DNA of 63,818 bases from Malacoraja senta. Its lineage: Eukaryota. Of this stretch, positions 58,501 to 63,818 are shown in pieces. The stretch's first letter is position 1, and every line of letters starts with the position of its first letter. Made by a program: the position numbers and the translations under genes. Location of the stretch: assembly GCA_038087875.1 (NCBI GenBank), contig CM075993.1, forward strand, positions 7,628,183 through 7,692,000, read 5' to 3'. Below the pieces are notes generated by a model, which saw only the letters and a list, made by a program, of their open reading frames with translations, searched no databases and had not been told where the DNA came from.

Positions 58501-61210
58501 TCATCCTATGGCCATGACTGCATAATTTAAATTCTTTAACTTTCATAATTTGTAATATTAACATTTCTAAAAATATGAAAACCCAGTTTTATCATTAGAG
58601 GTGCCACCAGCATTTACTGACATAAAAAGCACTGGTTATTACTATGCAAATCCAAGTCAAAACATTAAGTATACTTGTGTAGACCGAAACTATATTGCAA
58701 AGAGGAATTAGTATAGAACTGGTTGGGAAAGACAGGACGCAAATGCCTAAAATACCTCTTTGCAGCGCATTCTGCGACTCGACATCTTGAAGTAATATTC
58801 ACTTGCACCATCAGTACTCATGAGGTCATGTGTGCAGGATTGCAGTAATGCACGCACAGACTTCTCAGATTCAAAAACTAAGTAGACATAACCTAGTAAT
58901 AAAAAAGTTAACTAATTTAGTTTTTGCATTTGGAAATAAAGCTCAAGGCTGTGCATCTTCCCTTTAATGCAAAAGCCGACAAAACTAAATGGTGAATCAT
59001 GCATAAAAATGCACGAGTTTGTATTTCTACTGAACGTGGGCTTGACAACGTTTAAGACACACTTGAATTAAACTGCATTTATATTATACTATGCTATTCT
59101 GGCATACAAGTGGAAAAGTAGCCTGACTGCTTAGTTTCCACAAGTTTGTCATATTAATTGAAATTCACGCAAGTCAATTAAATTTTTGGATTTGGCCTGC
59201 ACAATTCAAGCATTATAGAGTAATAGCCATGTTAATCTACTTCATCTAAAACAAGGCTGGTAAATGCACTAGATTTAAAATAGGTCTTTAAACTATCAAA
59301 AGTTGGTTATTTTAACCCGTGAAAGCTTAAATGGCCTTACCATCTATCCAAGGTGGCTTGGCAACCTTTGTACCTGCATGCATACCAGTGCTCTGACCCA
59401 CAACCGTAGTGACGTGTTCACGTCAGAACAGGTAAAATGTCCTACCACATCTCAGTTCTCATTACCTTTCGGCATATTACCTTTGGGTGGGCATCGAGGG
59501 TGCTTGCCATCCTTACCCGGCCATTCCACACTCAGTGAACCAAATACTCTGAAAGTATTTATCAGTCCCACTAAGGAAAAAAGGTTAAACCATTAAACAC
59601 AAAATCGGAATTGTTTGCCAAATGTCACAAATTTAACAGCACCACTCTCGGGACAAAGTGACATCTAATGATCAGAACAAGATGGCCCAAAGCCCATTGT
59701 AGCTTTCACTTTAGAAGTAATTTCTTCAGTTTCAAACCCATATTTTTAAATCAAGGATCAGACTGATGAGATTTAGTAGCGAGCAGAAACATCTCATTTT
59801 TATAATTAGTGTTACTAGTCCCAAACAGAACCAGGTGTCTATCCCCCACACCAATTTCGTTCTCCTGACCCCACCCAAGATTCTAGTTCAGAATCAGCAA
59901 GTCTGGTTAAGTTCATAATGATTGTTTTTCCGCAATTTGTAGCCTGCCCAAGTGAAGTGAACATGGGAGGTCTGATTCATGTTCCTACAATATATTATAT
60001 TTGCCAATTGAATCACTATTGGAGGCAAAATTATTTTGGTCAAGGAGACTGCTATGCAAATATCATGCTGCAGTTAAAACTATGATATTCACTGCTGCAA
60101 TAATAAGAATCAACTCGATCTACTGGGAAAAACTACCTTCCCCCCACCCAGGCAGGTTTTAAGAAAATTTTGAAGAGTGCTATGATGGGCCACACAAATA
60201 TGATGGGGAATGTTGATGGGCCACCCAAATCATATAGAAAACTACTATTCTGAAGTAGTGCGGGCAAGGTAAAGTACAGATAGTTACTTGATTTTTAAAA
60301 TGAAGACAGCAAATACAATTAGAATATTGGAAACAAGGACCAGAATTATGCCCAAGATGGCAGGAAGGCAGACAGACAAAGAATAATTGCTGCTGGCATT
60401 AAGAATTGAACAAATATCCTGGCAGAAATAAATGAATGTGCTCTGAAGATAATCAAGTCACTAATGTTTAACTTTGTTCTGAAGTTCGAGGTAGGTTCAA
60501 ATTAAAAGTACATTTTACCATCCTGCTTGTTAATCTGTTCTGATAAGATTTTAAAATTATCATCAAGAGATCAATAAAAACATACAAAATGTGCCAATGT
60601 CAACCTATTCAAAGGCCCAACATGGTTATATTCAAATCAGTATTAACTTTTATTCATAAAGGTTTGACAATCCAGTTATGGTTATTATGTGTATAATTGG
60701 TCAGGACCACAGGTTAAGAATGAAGTGAACTATTGGGATCTGGAATGCAACGACCAGCCCGAGTGGCAGATTCAAAGAGGCTTAGAAATGGATCAATATT
60801 TGAAACACAGCTTTTGGTTAGGAACCCATAAGTGAAACAGCTCAGTATTTGTAGAGCTGGTCTGGACTCAAGGATAAATAGGCACCTTCCCTTCCATTAC
60901 CATTCTATGACTGGAACACATAACCCAAATAGCTTAATCCAAGAGAAAAATACTAATGTCCAGTGGATGATCACTAAGATCACTTAACCATCAGCCCACT
61001 GTTACTGCCACCCATTGGTGATATTAATATCTATAAATCACCCAAACATCTTGGGCATTTGAAATACTTTCCCATGCAATACACAGTGATATTTACCTTC
61101 AGTTATGTCCCAGGGTACACCACCCAAGAACACTTTGCAGGAATAGATTGGGTTCTTATAGTTCCGGGGTGGTAACTGGCCTCTCCAAGTAAACGTAGCT
61201 TCACTCATTG
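52473..61210 (-). CDS. CPEB1: Cytoplasmic polyadenylation element-binding protein 1, 3' seven coding exons (5' exons lie beyond the window)
   Basis: Spliced translation matches the vertebrate CPEB1 C-terminal half: [101 protein letters not shown]. Confidence 0.98.
53333..53413 (-). CDS. CPEB1: CPEB1 exon ([27 protein letters not shown]), ZZ zinc-binding domain
   Basis: 81 nt phase 0-0; donor GTGAGT. Confidence 0.96.
53491..53585 (-). CDS. CPEB1: CPEB1 exon ([32 protein letters not shown])
   Basis: 95 nt phase 1-0; canonical splice sites. Confidence 0.96.
57468..57666 (-). CDS. CPEB1: CPEB1 exon ([66 protein letters not shown]), RRM2
   Basis: 199 nt phase 0-1; contained in ORF 57421..57672. 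Confidence 0.97.
58756..58892 (-). CDS. CPEB1: CPEB1 exon ([46 protein letters not shown])
   Basis: 137 nt phase 1-0; RNP1 GYVYLVF. Confidence 0.96.
59466..59570 (-). CDS. CPEB1: CPEB1 exon ([29 protein letters not shown][GNMPK]) with alternative donor ending at 59481
   Basis: 105 nt (or 90 nt); two AAAG|GTAAT donors 15 nt apart. Confidence 0.96.
61097..61210 (-). CDS. CPEB1: CPEB1 exon ([38 protein letters not shown]), start of RRM1
   Basis: 114 nt phase 1-1; AG acceptor and GTAAAT donor on the minus strand. Confidence 0.96.
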
Positions 61211-62539
61211 CTTAAGGGAGAGATGGAAGAACAGTTAAGGGAGTTGTATTTCTTGGAACAGATCACAATACATACAACAACTTCACGGCCTTATTAGAAG
61301 AAATATTGGGATATCAAAATAATACCCTGCACTATGCACCTTCTCTCCTCTCCCCACATGAATATAAGATAAATGCTCGGCAATCAGCCTTCAGACTGCT
61401 GTGCAAAGCAGCTGCTAGCAAAACCTTATTCTGGTAGATAAATGTAGTGTCTGTTTATGACAGAAAGAATAGAAAGCCATTGCTGCAATAATGCAAAATG
61501 AGGCTAAAAGCTTACATTGTTGAGGGGGTTACAGGAAACAAGGCATTCAATCAAAGATAAAGCTTTCATTTTTTAACTCTTCCAGATTCATTCAAAATGA
61601 GCGAAAAAGCATTATTGCTAACAATGCAGAATATTTTATTCCCATTACCTTAAGGTTACAGTGTGTTAAATATAGGATTTAAGATTTACATTAATTTAAA
61701 GCACTCAAAATATACACCAAAATATACTCAAATGTCCTCATTTTGACGGGAGGCAAGGCACCAATACAATATCAAGATAGAAGCTTGCATTTCATCCCAC
61801 ATGCTGATGAACCACATCCCACACCTTTCATTAGTAAACCACCCTAAAAATACAGTTTCATTACCTAGTCATAACAGATTCTTGCCAATTTAGGAACATA
61901 AGGGTCCAATCCATGCAGCACAGAACAGGCCATGACCATGCCAAACAATCACCCACCTCCAGCAATCCCATTTGTCAGCACTTGGTCCATAGACTAAACA
62001 CTGGCAATTCAAGTGCTCACCTAGATATATAATTGTGAACACCTGCTTCCATGTCTTACTCATACAATGCTTTCCAGATACCAAACACTCACCCCACCTC
62101 CCCTCATTTATTCTGAACCAGTCATCTAGTTTGAAACCCTTTGAACAAAAATGGTTTTCTATCATCTGTGCCCTTAATTTTCTATTCCCTAGTCAGGTCC
62201 CCATTCAGACTCCACTGCTCCAGTTCTCTCCTCATAACTATACACCTTCCCAGGCAAAGCCTTGGTCATTCTCCTCTGCACACTCCAATACAATCATTAC
62301 ATCCCTGCATCACAATGAAAAAACAATTTCCTTGTTCTGGTCTATGCCCAGGTTAATGAAGCCTGGCATCCTATGCCTTCTTTACACCATATCAATCTGT
62401 GCTGCCAACTTGCAGTATCCCGGTACTTGCACACCAAGATCTCAGTGTTCCTCAATACTCCCGAGAGACCTACCACTTAGTGTCTATCCTACCCTGCAGC
62501 CCTCCCACTTATCAGGGTAAATACCATCAGCTACAAGGT

Positions 62540-63572
62540 CATAAGGCATAGTAGAATTAGGCCAGTCTACTCTGCCATTCAATCATGGCTGACCTATCTC
62601 TCCCTCCATCCCCATTCTCCTGCCTTCCTCCCATAACCTCTGGCACCTGTACTGATCAAGAATATATCTTATCTCTGCATTAAAAATATCCACTGACTTG
62701 GCCACCACAGCCTTCTGCGGCAAAGAATTCCACAAATTCACCACTCTGACTAAAGAAATTTCTCCTCATCTGCTTCCTAAAATAATGTCCTTTAATTCTG
62801 AGGCTATGACCTCTAGTCCTAGATTATCCCACTAGTGGAAAGATCTTCTCCACATCCAAGCCTTTCACTATTCTGTATTTTTTTTAAATGAGGTTTCCAA
62901 TCATTCTTCTAAACGCCAGCGGGTACAGGCCCAGTGCGGGTAAATGCTCATCATTGGTTAGCCTACTCATTCCTGGGATTATTCTTGTAAACCTCCTCTG
63001 GAACTCTCCAGCCAGCACACCATTCCTCAGATATGGTGCCCAAAATTACTCACAATATTCCAAATGCAGTCTTACCAGCTCCTTATAGAGCCTCAACATT
63101 ACATTCCAGTTTTTGTGTACAAGCCCTCTTGAAATAAATGCTAGCATTGAGTTTGCTTTCTTTACTACCAATTAGACTTACAGATTAACTTTTTGGGAAT
63201 CCTGCACCAGCACTCCCAAGTCCCTTTGCACCTCCAATTACTGGATTCTCACCTCATTTAGGAAATAGTCTACACCTTAATTCCTACTACCAAAATGCAT
63301 GACTCCATACTTTGCTACAGTATATTCCATCTGCCCATTTCCCAACCTGTCCAAGTCCTTCTGCAGAGTCCCTGTTTTCTCTACGCTACCTGCCCCTCCA
63401 CCTATTTTCGTATCATTCGCAAACTTTGCTACAAAGCCTTCAATCCCCTCGTCCAAATCATTAATATACAACGTGAAGAGTAGTGGCCCCAGTATCGACC
63501 CTTGCGGAACTCCAACAGTCACTGGCAGCCAACCAGAAAAAGCTCCATTCATTGCCACCCTTTGTCTTCTGC
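62540..63572 (-). mobile_element. CR1 LINE 3' fragment in a CPEB1 intron
   Basis: [39 protein letters not shown] reverse-transcriptase core. Confidence 0.93.
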
Positions 63573-63818
63573 CATTACAATGCCCACTTTACCAAATGAT
63601 CAATTACTTTCCATAACTCAAGACTAGGGACGAGATTTAACAGGAACCCAAGGGGCTATTTTTTCCACTCAACGTGTTGGTGGGTATATGGAGCGTATTG
63701 CCAAAGGAGGTTGTGAGCAGATACTATAACATTTAAAAAAACACCTGGACAGGTACATGGATAGGAAAGGTTTTAGAGGGATATGGGTCAAGTGCAGGCA
63801 AATGGGACTAGCTTGGAT

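Overview
Eukaryotic (vertebrate) genomic DNA, not prokaryotic. The repeat content (HE1/V-SINE-like tRNA SINEs, CR1 LINEs, Penelope fragments) points to a cartilaginous fish, probably a skate or ray. Two spliced genes converge tail-to-tail. On the + strand is an SV2-family MFS transporter gene with 12 coding exons traced by hand (about 11320-50028, about 525 aa if repaired). It has a very short luminal loop compared with SV2A/B/C and an apparent 1-nt deletion frameshift in exon 32469-32631. On the - strand is the 3' part of CPEB1 (7 coding exons, 61210 down to 52473; RRM1, RRM2, ZZ domain), with the tandem 15-nt alternative donor and a motif-rich 3' UTR (let-7, miR-96, miR-130/19/17 seeds, CPEs, Pumilio elements). 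The rest is mostly transposon debris: CR1, L2, Rex/Babar, an RTE-like tail, Harbinger and hAT MITEs, and many short Penelope-derived fold-back inserts carrying a minimal hammerhead-ribozyme core. There is one 200-N assembly gap. Most ORFs in the supplied track are spurious or repeat-derived. Repeat boundaries are approximate, and family names come from motif recognition, not database searches.
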